DNA of 64,000 nucleotides, taken from the IMG/VR virus record IMGVR_UViG_3300022555_002641, positions 32,001 through 96,000 of that record; one strand, written 5' to 3'. The notes beneath the pieces are model-generated. The model saw only the letters and a program-made list of their open reading frames with translations. It had not been told where the DNA came from and did not search any database. Position 1 is the first letter of the stretch; each line of letters opens with the position of its first letter. Below are positions 38,810 to 48,024 of the stretch, one piece after another. This stretch comes from a virus. The position numbers and the translations under genes were made by a program.

Positions 38810-39118
38810 TTATGGTTTTAATTTGCAATATAGTAAGCATAACCCATAAGATGTTATTCCACCAAAAAGACCGTCAAAAAATATTGATAATATTCTGATA
38901 TTTGTAAATATTAAAAATGATGGAGAATAAATAAAACTTAATAAAAATCCACTCCAAACAGCCACACAAAGGATGCAGTGAATCCATTTACCAAACAATT
39001 TAGGAGATTTTTTATCCAGATATATTCGTAACCACTCGAATGCGTAGCTATTTGTGATAATATAGCTTGCTGCAAAATTTATCAATATAAATAAAAACAA
39101 ATTGTATAATATGATCAT
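38810..39118 (-). CDS. membrane protein with CxxC (DUF1360-like)
   Basis: Hydrophobic, WIHCILCVAVW. Confidence 0.6.
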   Translation of the reverse strand: MIILYNLFLFILINFAASYIITNSYAFEWLRIYLDKKSPKLFGKWIHCILCVAVWSGFLLSFIYSPSFLIFTNIRILSIFFDGLFGGITSYGLCLLYCKLKP

Positions 39119-39165
39119 ATTCTATATATATTTAAACAAATTGCTCATTTCTCACTAAAAGTGAT

Positions 39166-39540
39166 ATGGATTTAATCAAAAAAATAAATAGCCAAGAGGT
39201 TCGATCTAAGACTCAAATTGAACGAAGACGAATGCTAAAAGATAAAATTCTACAGCGGTCACAAAGTAGAATTGGACTGAGTGTAATTTGTTTTGAAAAT
39301 GAAGGTATAGAATCAGACCAAACGTTTATGTATAAACGTGCGTTTATACCCTATAAGACAATTCCAAAAAAAGTCCCATTAACAATTGGTAAATTTTATA
39401 CAATTTTGGAAATTAAAAAAGATGAAATAAAAGTAAAAAATGACTTGGGTAAGAAAGTGTGGTATACGATTAAAAGATTTTTATATACCATAAAATATGA
39501 ACGTTGTGAAAAACTAAAAAATATAATTCAAAATGTCTGA
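39166..39540 (+). CDS. small beta-barrel-like protein with C-terminal RxxKLxxI
   Basis: LTIGKFYTIL...KNDLGKKVWY; ends ERCEKLKNIIQNV. Confidence 0.7.
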   Translation: MDLIKKINSQEVRSKTQIERRRMLKDKILQRSQSRIGLSVICFENEGIESDQTFMYKRAFIPYKTIPKKVPLTIGKFYTILEIKKDEIKVKNDLGKKVWYTIKRFLYTIKYERCEKLKNIIQNV

Positions 39541-39733
39541 CGGTATAAGTGAATCAAGAAGGGGTACATATTTTTCAAGTTATAAATATGATTTTGAAAT
39601 AAAAAGTAAGTTATCAGAATTTGTAACTGATGATATTTTAAAAACTTGCCCAGAAGGTGTATCGAAAGATGCTTTCAAAGAATCAATAATTAACGCATTG
39701 TTTAACATTAATAAAAACACTCGAATAATATGA
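39533..39733 (+). CDS. hypothetical protein
   Basis: Coupled ORF. Confidence 0.6.
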   Translation: MSDGISESRRGTYFSSYKYDFEIKSKLSEFVTDDILKTCPEGVSKDAFKESIINALFNINKNTRII

Positions 39734-39909
39734 AAGGCTTTGATGACGACATATTTGACAGTTTAGATTTTGGTTCATTCGGAACTGGAAACGATTATGA
39801 AAAAATTGATTACGAGAAAATTTTGGAAGATATTCCAATATCCGAAATCGAAAAATTTTTAAGAAAGAAAAAATTAGAAACAATTAAAAATGGTAAAAAT
39901 AATAAATAA
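39730..39909 (+). CDS. 59-aa protein with RKKKLETI motif (not in ORF track)
   Basis: Manual translation MKGFDDDIFDSLDFGSFGTGNDYEKIDYEKILEDIPISEIEKFLRKKKLETIKNGKNNK*; ATGA overlap; paralogous to the next ORF. Confidence 0.7.
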   Translation: MKGFDDDIFDSLDFGSFGTGNDYEKIDYEKILEDIPISEIEKFLRKKKLETIKNGKNNK

Positions 39910-39910
39910 G

Positions 39911-40159
39911 ATGGATGATTTAAGTGATTTCTTTGACTATTGGAAAGTGGAGCCAACTAAACCTAAAAACTATGAGGATTTGGATGATTTGAAAGTGAGA
40001 CCTAAAAACCATGAGGATTTGGATGATATTTTTAATATGTCATATATGCCAATGTATGAAGAATATTTACAGCAAATAAAAAAGATTCCCATCCGTTTTT
40101 TGGAAAGATACATCAGAGAACAAAAAATACAAAATTTAAACAAACAAGATATAACATGA
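39911..40159 (+). CDS. acidic small protein with REQKIQNL motif
   Basis: Internal PKNxEDLDD duplication; tail IPIRFLERYIREQKIQNL. Confidence 0.7.
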   Translation: MDDLSDFFDYWKVEPTKPKNYEDLDDLKVRPKNHEDLDDIFNMSYMPMYEEYLQQIKKIPIRFLERYIREQKIQNLNKQDIT

Positions 40160-40593
40160 TATTGGACATAAAGAAATATGGAGCCGATAAATATGGGGCA
40201 TTAAGAAAAAAATGTATTAATGTTAAACCAGAACACCCATCAATACAAAAATTGATCGATGATATGTTCGAAACTGTCAAATTTTATGGCGGGGTCGGGT
40301 TGGCAGCACCTCAAGTAGATTGGGCATTAAATATGTTTATTATTAATACTTCAACATTCCAAGAAGTTATGATCAACCCAGAGGTGTCTGCATACGGTAA
40401 TCACCTTCAAGTAAGAGAAGGGTGCATTAGTTTTCCTAATTTGGAGACTCCTACGAGTAGGCAATCCAAAGTGGCAGTACGATACCTTGATCGAAATTGG
40501 ATTCAACGTACACGAGATTTAGAGGGGCTATTAGCAATTATTGTTCAGCATGAATATGATCACTTACAAGGTAAACTAATTATAGATTTTTAA
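40156..40593 (+). CDS. def: peptide deformylase
   Basis: GVGLAAPQV, EGCIS, QHEYDHL. Confidence 0.95.
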   Translation: MILDIKKYGADKYGALRKKCINVKPEHPSIQKLIDDMFETVKFYGGVGLAAPQVDWALNMFIINTSTFQEVMINPEVSAYGNHLQVREGCISFPNLETPTSRQSKVAVRYLDRNWIQRTRDLEGLLAIIVQHEYDHLQGKLIIDF

Positions 40594-40643
40594 TCTTAAT
40601 TCATCAGAATGACAACATTTTAATTATTTATTAGTATAATACT

Positions 40644-41462
40644 ATGATGAAGAAAGATAAAACATTTTTTTATTATGTTTTTGATTGGGATAATAATATT
40701 CTAAATCTTAGTACCCCTATGTACTTTAAGAAAAGAATTAATAATTGTTGGAAGAACGTTACAATTTTTCCAAATGACTTTGCCAAGATTAGAAAAAAAT
40801 ATGGTGCTGAATATATGAACAACCCAGAGTGGAAGGCGACCCAAAAAACTGCATTCACCGAATTTGGGGATTACGGAAAGCGTGGAAATATGGCATTTAT
40901 TGAAGATTGCATTGTTGCAATTAATAATAAAGATTTTGGACCTTCATGGGATTCATTTATTCAAACCATAATGGAAGGTAGATTATTTTCCATTGCCACC
41001 ACGAGAGGTCATGAGCCAGCCACCATAAAAAAAGTAGTAAGGTATATTATTGAAAATATTCTTACACCAAGTCAAAAACAAATAATGGCTGATAACCTTA
41101 AAGAGTTTGCAAAATTCTTTAAAATTAAAAATAAAGATTTGCTAACTTACTATCTCAATAAGTGTTATTTTATAGGATTATTTTCAAAAAAATTCAAAAA
41201 ACAATTTGGATATGTTCCATATGGTGAGTTAATAGAAAAAGGTAAGCAAGATGCAATTCAATATTTTATTGAATATGTAAGAAAATTTGCCCAAAGACAC
41301 AATAAATCATTGAGTGTTGGATTTTCTGATGACGACATACATTTTTCTAATGCAGCTAAGCAGTTATTTATCAAGATGAAAAATTTAAATGAGAATGAAA
41401 ATTACTACGTTTTTGATACATCCAATAGAAAAATTAAAGGTGGTATCAGAATAAAAATCTAA
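40644..41462 (+). CDS. HAD-like DxD hypothetical protein
   Basis: YVFDWDNNI, ATTRGH, GFSDDD. Confidence 0.6.
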   Translation: MMKKDKTFFYYVFDWDNNILNLSTPMYFKKRINNCWKNVTIFPNDFAKIRKKYGAEYMNNPEWKATQKTAFTEFGDYGKRGNMAFIEDCIVAINNKDFGPSWDSFIQTIMEGRLFSIATTRGHEPATIKKVVRYIIENILTPSQKQIMADNLKEFAKFFKIKNKDLLTYYLNKCYFIGLFSKKFKKQFGYVPYGELIEKGKQDAIQYFIEYVRKFAQRHNKSLSVGFSDDDIHFSNAAKQLFIKMKNLNENENYYVFDTSNRKIKGGIRIKI

Positions 41463-41524
41463 TTCAATTTTTTTTTTCTCAATAATTATTTATATCTTTG
41501 TGCTCTTAATTAAAAATAATCATA

Positions 41525-42292
41525 ATGAAAACAAATTTCAACGATTTCCAGTTAGACTCATATTTGATAGAAGACCTTTATCAGAATAAAAACAGGACTT
41601 TGAGTGAAATTGGAAAACGTTTCAATTGCTCTACCGACAAAGTAATTGAATCTATAACTGAAAAGGGTCGAATAAACTACGAACAACAAATAAAAAATCC
41701 AACAGTTTATAGTCAATTAAAAAATTTCATTGAGACTGAAATTGACCCATATTGCAATAGTACTTTGATGCCAGTACTGGATACTTTCAAACTTTTTCGT
41801 TGGAAAGAATATACAGTTGCAAAAAATATTAGAACTACGGAATATGAGTTTAACTTTACACCATCACGATATGGGATGAGTGGATTTGGTGCATCTATAA
41901 GCTTTTTTGTTGTCGAAGAAAAGGATACAAAAGTGATTATAGATTGTTATTTTGAACTTAACATTTTTGGTTACAATTATAAAAAAATAGCTGGAAAGGA
42001 TCATGCAAAACTCATAACCGATATTACAGATCATAACTTAAAGCAAATGTTCAATTTGAGTAGGTTATCTGAAGATAAGAAAATTGAAATGTATATTGAC
42101 CAAATTAATATTGATATAATCAGAAAAATCGCAAAGAAAAATATACAAGGTATGGTAGGTGATATTGATTCAGCATCAGATGAAGATGTAAGAGAAGCGT
42201 TGAAAGAATTTATCTATGAGGACGAAACCTATTCTACACCAATAAAAAAATCTGTTTTAGCACAAGCAAAAAAATTAGGAATAACCGTATGA
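41525..42292 (+). CDS. hypothetical protein (possible N-terminal HTH)
   Basis: RTLSEIGKRFNCS. Confidence 0.65.
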   Translation: MKTNFNDFQLDSYLIEDLYQNKNRTLSEIGKRFNCSTDKVIESITEKGRINYEQQIKNPTVYSQLKNFIETEIDPYCNSTLMPVLDTFKLFRWKEYTVAKNIRTTEYEFNFTPSRYGMSGFGASISFFVVEEKDTKVIIDCYFELNIFGYNYKKIAGKDHAKLITDITDHNLKQMFNLSRLSEDKKIEMYIDQINIDIIRKIAKKNIQGMVGDIDSASDEDVREALKEFIYEDETYSTPIKKSVLAQAKKLGITV

Positions 42293-42678
42293 AAGTAACT
42301 AAAGAAATATTATTCATGAGTGGATATGATATGCGAGAGATTGCAACTAAAATAGTTACTAATAAAGCAACAGATTTCACAAAAAAATTAAAGGGTAGGT
42401 ATAAAAAATTCATGTCTGATGAATTTATTATCGCTTACATTACTTATAAATTTGTAGATTTGTATGTGGAGTATTGGGGTAAAGGTGTTAGAACTCCCAA
42501 TGCCATAAATATTGCCTATGATTCAACAATAGAACTTTTTGAAAATATTCTTGAGCATCGTTGTCATGCAACTGGTAATGGGCATCATGTTGCTCAAATG
42601 TTTTCTGGTTATTTTGAAGATGCATTAATAACTGACAAAGAACTTAGAAAATTAAAATTACAAAAAATCGAATTATGA
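42289..42678 (+). CDS. hypothetical protein with C-terminal RKLKLQKI
   Basis: GNGHH motif; ends ELRKLKLQKIEL. Confidence 0.7.
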   Translation: MKVTKEILFMSGYDMREIATKIVTNKATDFTKKLKGRYKKFMSDEFIIAYITYKFVDLYVEYWGKGVRTPNAINIAYDSTIELFENILEHRCHATGNGHHVAQMFSGYFEDALITDKELRKLKLQKIEL

Positions 42679-44669
42679 AATACTTAACATTATCAGAAAT
42701 TTATGATCTCCTTTTTGAAGGAAATTATTCAGCAGCCGTAGAGCAGCTCCGTCTTTTAAATGACGCTTACAGGAAAGGTGACCCAAAAATAAGCGACCCA
42801 GAATGGGATAAAATTTATGAAGATGTCAGGTCTTTCGTTCCTGATGATGATTTTTTCAAATCTGCCGTCATTGAGGAAGTTATTGTCAATCCTGAGAGGA
42901 TGGAAAAACTTATTTACCCTATGTATTCATTGAACAAATTGACAACTATCGAAGAAATTCAGAAAAAAATTGCCAGCAAAGGGCTTCCACCGAATATTCT
43001 TGTAGTCGTATTATCAAAGTATGATGGTTGTTCGGCACTCAATTATGAGCAGGGCCCATCGTGCTGGTCGAGGGGAGATGGTGTTGAAGGTCAACGATTA
43101 ATGGAACATTATAAGAAAGTTGGACAAAACGGTCAAAAATTAAAAGCCAATTTGTATACCATTGGCGAACTTATCATTGCTAAAAAAACATTTGCCGACA
43201 ACCAACATTTAATGATCAAGAAGGATGGAACCCCATACAAAAATCCTCGCAACATGGTGGCTGGACTTATAAATGATGATAATGCTTCTGATTACTGGAA
43301 GTACGTCACTCATATTCGTTACGGTATTGCTGATGCCGATGCCAATTTTACAATGGATAAGCTTGAGCAGTTAAAGCTTATTCCTGAAATTCCTTATCTT
43401 GCAATTCCAGCCAATGAATTAACCGAAGAATTACTTGACGGTTTGTATTACAAATGGGGTGAAGACTGGGAAATTGATGGTCTTGTCATTGACATAAACG
43501 ATAAAAATATTCGTAAATCCCTTGGGCGTGAGACCAATGATAACCCTGCATATGCTTGGGCATACAAAAAAGGCTGGACAAAGCCGACAACAACACCATT
43601 GATAAGCGAAGAATGGAATCTTGGTAAAAAAGGTTTTATGGCTCCAGTTATCAATATTCAGCCAGTTGAAGTTGAAGGTGTTACCGTATCACGTGCGACT
43701 GCATACAATGCAAGGTTCGTTCTTGAAAACGGTATTGGGACTGGCGCAATTGTTGACATTATCCGATCTGGTTCCGTTATTCCTAAGATTGTAAATGTAA
43801 GAAAGCGTGGAGCCGTTAGCCTTCCTACACACTGCCCATCATGTAATCATGAGCTTGTTTGGAGCACCAATACCAAAGGTGAGCATGTGAATCTCATGTG
43901 CATCAATCCAGATTGTGAAGAAATCAAGTTTAAGATGGCAGCATTTTTCTTCACCAGCTTTAAATTAAAAGATTTTGGTGAAGGTACAGCAAAGATTCTG
44001 TTTAACAACGGATTCGACAGTGTCAATAAAATTCTGAATATGACCATTGATGATCTTAAAAAAATTAATGGGCTTGGTAATGTTTCTGGTACAAAATTTC
44101 TGAAAGAAATCAGCACAAAGATACGGAAATGTACATTCGAAAGAATTGGGCATGCGTCTGGGTGTTTTGAGAACCTTGGCTCAAGAAAACTGAAGATGAT
44201 CCTTGATGGTATTGGGCTTTCGTATATTGAGCTCGCTTCAAAAATTTCAACATCAAATGGTGTTGAATTGTTGAATTTTCAGAACAACCTACTGAGTATT
44301 AAAGGCGTTTCAGATAGAACTGCCGCTGCATTTATGGATGGGCTGGCTGAATTCAAGGAATTCATCAAAGATATTGACGTAGAAATTGTTGATGTTGTTG
44401 AAGATGCCGAATCTGATGCTCCTGATGCAGTTGTTCTTAAGCCACAGGATATGACAGGTAGGGCATTCCTATTCTCAGGCTTTCGTGATGCCAATCTTGA
44501 AAAATATATCGTAAAGAATGGCGGTGAGATAAAGTCATCATATTCAACTAAAGTTACCGATCTCCTTCTGGCTGACATTAATTCGTCTTCAAAAAAGACA
44601 AATGATGCAAAGGCTAATGGGTGCACGATCACACAAATTGATGATTTCAGGAAAAGCTTATCAGTATAA
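42675..44669 (+). CDS. ligA: NAD-dependent DNA ligase
   Basis: YRKGDPKISDPEWD, KYDG, SRGDG, NPRN, DGLV, OB fold, Zn finger CPSC, HhH repeats, C-terminal BRCT. Confidence 0.93.
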   Translation: MKYLTLSEIYDLLFEGNYSAAVEQLRLLNDAYRKGDPKISDPEWDKIYEDVRSFVPDDDFFKSAVIEEVIVNPERMEKLIYPMYSLNKLTTIEEIQKKIASKGLPPNILVVVLSKYDGCSALNYEQGPSCWSRGDGVEGQRLMEHYKKVGQNGQKLKANLYTIGELIIAKKTFADNQHLMIKKDGTPYKNPRNMVAGLINDDNASDYWKYVTHIRYGIADADANFTMDKLEQLKLIPEIPYLAIPANELTEELLDGLYYKWGEDWEIDGLVIDINDKNIRKSLGRETNDNPAYAWAYKKGWTKPTTTPLISEEWNLGKKGFMAPVINIQPVEVEGVTVSRATAYNARFVLENGIGTGAIVDIIRSGSVIPKIVNVRKRGAVSLPTHCPSCNHELVWSTNTKGEHVNLMCINPDCEEIKFKMAAFFFTSFKLKDFGEGTAKILFNNGFDSVNKILNMTIDDLKKINGLGNVSGTKFLKEISTKIRKCTFERIGHASGCFENLGSRKLKMILDGIGLSYIELASKISTSNGVELLNFQNNLLSIKGVSDRTAAAFMDGLAEFKEFIKDIDVEIVDVVEDAESDAPDAVVLKPQDMTGRAFLFSGFRDANLEKYIVKNGGEIKSSYSTKVTDLLLADINSSSKKTNDAKANGCTITQIDDFRKSLSV

Positions 44670-44720
44670 TTTTTTTATTCAGAAAATTGTTTTATATTTG
44701 CACAACTAAAAATCAATAAT

Positions 44721-45053
44721 ATGCAACGTACAAGCAGTAATCGTTTTATGCGGTCAAGTAACTGGATTGAATTGATGACATCATTTGCCGCACCAGTTTT
44801 ATTTCTGGTAATCTTTTTTATTCTTGTTGCAGTAAAGGGTTGTACTGACCCTGAAAAAGCAACTATGGTTCTGAAAGCAGATGGTTACACCGAAATCACA
44901 ATTGTTGGGTGGGCAGGACCATTCGCTGGTGGAAAAGGTGATTGGTACAACACTGAATTTCGGGCAGCAAAAAGCAACCAGATTATTAATGGTGTTGTTA
45001 GTGAAGGTCTTATCTTCAAAGGTTCAACTATCAGGATAAATAGCGCACGATGA
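44721..45053 (+). CDS. membrane-anchored / lipoprotein-like protein
   Basis: Hydrophobic stretch ending VKGC. Confidence 0.6.
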   Translation: MQRTSSNRFMRSSNWIELMTSFAAPVLFLVIFFILVAVKGCTDPEKATMVLKADGYTEITIVGWAGPFAGGKGDWYNTEFRAAKSNQIINGVVSEGLIFKGSTIRINSAR

Positions 45054-45454
45054 TACAACTTGAAACCATATTAGCATTTACATTAGTAGGGATTATAATT
45101 TTTTGTCTACTAAGTATTATCTGCTACACTTTATTTTCATTGGTATACTTTCCAATTATAATATTCAAAGGAGAAACAAAATTCACAAAGCGAATTGAAA
45201 ATTTCATGCTTTACAATAAATTTTCGTTGATCCTAATAAATTTTGTTATCACTGGGATTTTGACATTTGTAATTGGAAGCATTCTATTATATGTATCTTT
45301 TCAATGCCACCCTGAAGATCACTATATTTTAGGCGGCATTGTAAGTTCATTTATGATTTTAATTGGTGGAACCCGAACATTAATATTTTTCAAAAAGTAT
45401 TTTATAAAAAAAGACTTTAATAAAAAAAATGCATATGAAAATAAAAATATCTGA
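45050..45454 (+). CDS. membrane protein (3 TM)
   Basis: Three hydrophobic segments. Confidence 0.7.
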   Translation: MIQLETILAFTLVGIIIFCLLSIICYTLFSLVYFPIIIFKGETKFTKRIENFMLYNKFSLILINFVITGILTFVIGSILLYVSFQCHPEDHYILGGIVSSFMILIGGTRTLIFFKKYFIKKDFNKKNAYENKNI

Positions 45455-45668
45455 AATAGATGTCCTCAAGGGCAAGTTTTCAAACACAATATCAGCTATC
45501 GAAGGCGTTCTAAAAGAAAGTCATGGTGATATTGAAGTAGGTCAATCATACAGCGCAGAAGCGGTTTACAGCCGCACTAAACGGATTAAAGAAGTCTTTG
45601 AAGACGAAATAAAAAAGCTTTCTATGGATATTACATTAACAATTGATGAATCAACCCAACCTGAGTAA
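45435..45668 (+). CDS. hypothetical protein
   Basis: Coupled ORF. Confidence 0.6.
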   Translation: MKIKISEIDVLKGKFSNTISAIEGVLKESHGDIEVGQSYSAEAVYSRTKRIKEVFEDEIKKLSMDITLTIDESTQPE

Positions 45669-45678
45669 AAATAAACAT

Positions 45679-46241
45679 ATGAGAAAAATCCTATTAAGCC
45701 TTATGCTGTTACTGACAACAACAGTATCATTTTCGCAAAAATTACCCGACTATGATCCATCTCACCGTTGGGTTACAGATTTGGGTGGATTGTTTACCCC
45801 AGAGCAGAACAATCAAATCTATCAGATGCTTGATCAATATGAAAAACAAACATCAATTGAAATTGCTGTTCTGACAGTATGTGATTTCGAAAGCAGCCCA
45901 GAAGATTTTTCTCAAAAAACTGCTGAAAAATGGGGTGTTGGAAAAAAAGGTGTCAACAATGGAATTTTTATTATGATTTCTAAATGCAAGGTTCCACATG
46001 TGTTTCGTGTTGATATTGGATACGGATTGGAGGGGTACCTTCCAGATGGATGGGTAAAATTACAGCAAGACTCTATAAAGATTAAATATCTTCAAAAATC
46101 TCAATATTTTGAAGGTACCGTTGCGCTTATCAATAAATTCACAACAAAGATCGGAATCGCTAACATATGTGGGTTTAAAGATAAAAACCATATTTTCAGG
46201 CACAGGCTGGTGCAGATAAAGCTCCGACAGTCAATTTTTAA
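45679..46241 (+). pseudogene. TPM-domain gene fused by deletion to the 3' tail of a lemA gene (frameshifted)
   Basis: Signal peptide plus TPM motifs (VTDLGG, EIAVLTV, WGVGKKGVNNGI, IGYGLEGYLPD), then IANICGFKDK and, after a shift in an A-run, PYFQAQAGADKAPTVNF*, which is a LemA-like C-terminus. Terminator follows. Confidence 0.7.
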
Positions 46242-46257
46242 TTTCATCATTTCGAAT

Positions 46258-46297
46258 AAAAAATGGGGAAAGCTTAGTCTTTCCCCATTTTTTTTTA
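46258..46297 (+). terminator. intrinsic terminator
   Basis: AAAAAATGGGGAAAG-CTTAGT-CTTTCCCCATTTTTT. Confidence 0.85.
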
Positions 46298-46337
46298 TTA
46301 TAATAAAAACTGTATATTTGTCAAAAACTATAACCTT

Positions 46338-46535
46338 ATGAAAAATATATGGTTGATCATTTTTGATGAAGTTTACAATTTAACAAATATTGCTATATTT
46401 TTTATAGTTTTTTTTGTTACTTGGATATTTTCAACATTTACTGGAGCTTGCAGTGCAACATTTGCAGTGCTAATTTTGGTTATAATTGGAGCTTATGTGA
46501 AAGTTGTATTTAAAGAATATGAAGAAAATGAATAA
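46338..46535 (+). CDS. small membrane protein
   Basis: Two hydrophobic segments. Confidence 0.6.
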   Translation: MKNIWLIIFDEVYNLTNIAIFFIVFFVTWIFSTFTGACSATFAVLILVIIGAYVKVVFKEYEENE

Positions 46536-46857
46536 AGATGACATCTATAGGGTTGCCATATTTATGATTGTAAAGCCCCCAAAGGATGCGTGGACGACCG
46601 CACATGGGTATTCAGTTGGTGATGACATTAGACTACCATTTGATCATGCAGTGGAAAGCTTCAAAAATGGTAAACAAGTCACAATGCAACTTGGGCAAGG
46701 AGATGGGTGTTGTTTTGAAGCTGATGAATTAGAACTTGTAGAAATTAGTTACTCAAGGAAGTGGGTTGCTAAACCATCTGAGGAAGAATTAGAAGAAATG
46801 CTTATTGCCCAAGGTAATATCCAACGCCTTAGAAAATTAAAGTTGAAAAAATTATGA
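46528..46857 (+). CDS. hypothetical protein with C-terminal RKLKLKKL
   Basis: Ends QRLRKLKLKKL*. Confidence 0.7.
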   Translation: MNKDDIYRVAIFMIVKPPKDAWTTAHGYSVGDDIRLPFDHAVESFKNGKQVTMQLGQGDGCCFEADELELVEISYSRKWVAKPSEEELEEMLIAQGNIQRLRKLKLKKL

Positions 46858-47351
46858 CGGAAATCTTCCCGACACTTAGTAAATTGCTTAAAGGATTAAG
46901 AAATCCAAAGAAGAAACATGAATTTGTCAATTATATTGCTGAAATGGATTATGACAATTTCAAACGTATATGGGTTACTTATTCTGATATTCTTTTTAAG
47001 AAGCGAATAAAATATGCTAAAAGTAGAGTTCTAAGTAGAAATTGGTTTAAATACCATACGATTAAATATTATTATGCTGAATTATTTTTATTATTCGATA
47101 AGGCTAATAAGCCTTATGTCACTCGTATTATGAATGAGCTTGACAAATTTACTACAAAGTTATTAAGTTTGATGAGTATCATTTCTGAACGACAAGCAGC
47201 GTTGGAATATATTGGCAAAATTGATTTCACACTGAAAGAGAATTCCAGCAATAAAATTTTGATAATTTTGGTTCTAATGGAAAGTGTTTATTCCAGAGAT
47301 GAACTTATTAAAGCAATGAATGATCTAAGAAAATATAGAAAATTTATATGA
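46854..47351 (+). CDS. hypothetical protein
   Basis: ATGA-coupled ORF. Confidence 0.7.
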   Translation: MTEIFPTLSKLLKGLRNPKKKHEFVNYIAEMDYDNFKRIWVTYSDILFKKRIKYAKSRVLSRNWFKYHTIKYYYAELFLLFDKANKPYVTRIMNELDKFTTKLLSLMSIISERQAALEYIGKIDFTLKENSSNKILIILVLMESVYSRDELIKAMNDLRKYRKFI

Positions 47352-47632
47352 AACGTATTGAGTCAAATGAATTAAAATATTCAGATTTTTTAATTGGTCA
47401 AAAAATAGTTTGCACCAATCTGGAAGATGAGATTATTGATTATTGGGATCAGCATTTAACCATAGGCAAAACGTATATTGTTGATGATGTGGATTTTCAC
47501 TTTCCAGAAAGTGTGGCAGTTAAAACTGATCACGCTGTGGTAATGTTCGTTAGGTGTAAATTCTTTAAAGAAAATCTAAAAGAAATCAGAAAAAGAAAAC
47601 TTGCAAAAATTGCCAAAAAAAGTGAAAGGTGA
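47348..47632 (+). CDS. small beta-barrel-like protein with C-terminal RKRKLAKI
   Basis: IGQKIVC...HLTIGKTYIV. Confidence 0.7.
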   Translation: MKRIESNELKYSDFLIGQKIVCTNLEDEIIDYWDQHLTIGKTYIVDDVDFHFPESVAVKTDHAVVMFVRCKFFKENLKEIRKRKLAKIAKKSER

Positions 47633-48004
47633 AATAAAATATGAATACTGGGCAGTTGAATATTCATTGATTTATGAATTTAGTGAATTTTTAAAAAATG
47701 AATATACAGTGAATTACAACATGGTAGTGATCCATATGCATTTAGTATTGTAAGTGCTGTATCGCCTTATACAAAAATTCCAATTGATTATTTTTATGTT
47801 ATTTTAACATTCCAAGATAATGAAGATGGGACACAAATCTTGTCTGATGGGCATAATTTATTTAGTAAAGGAACATGCGGTAAGGTAAATACAAGAGTAT
47901 CGTTTGATATTCAATTGAATCCATATTTTAAAAATAGAAATTGGAAAAAATATGACACCAAATTTTCAAGAAAATATAAACTAATAAGATTAAATAATAT
48001 ATAA
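47622..48004 (+). pseudogene. frameshifted or non-ATG-start gene carrying the C-terminal RKYKLIRL motif
   Basis: Open frame 47702-48004 (100 codons, no ATG) ends SRKYKLIRLNNI*; an upstream GTG ORF (47622) is in another frame. Confidence 0.45.
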
Positions 48005-48024
48005 AAGAAAAAAAACATATTACC

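Noticed and set aside
46242-46341. C-terminal extension of the TPM ORF
   Set aside because: It reads through a terminator and promoter because of the frameshift scar.
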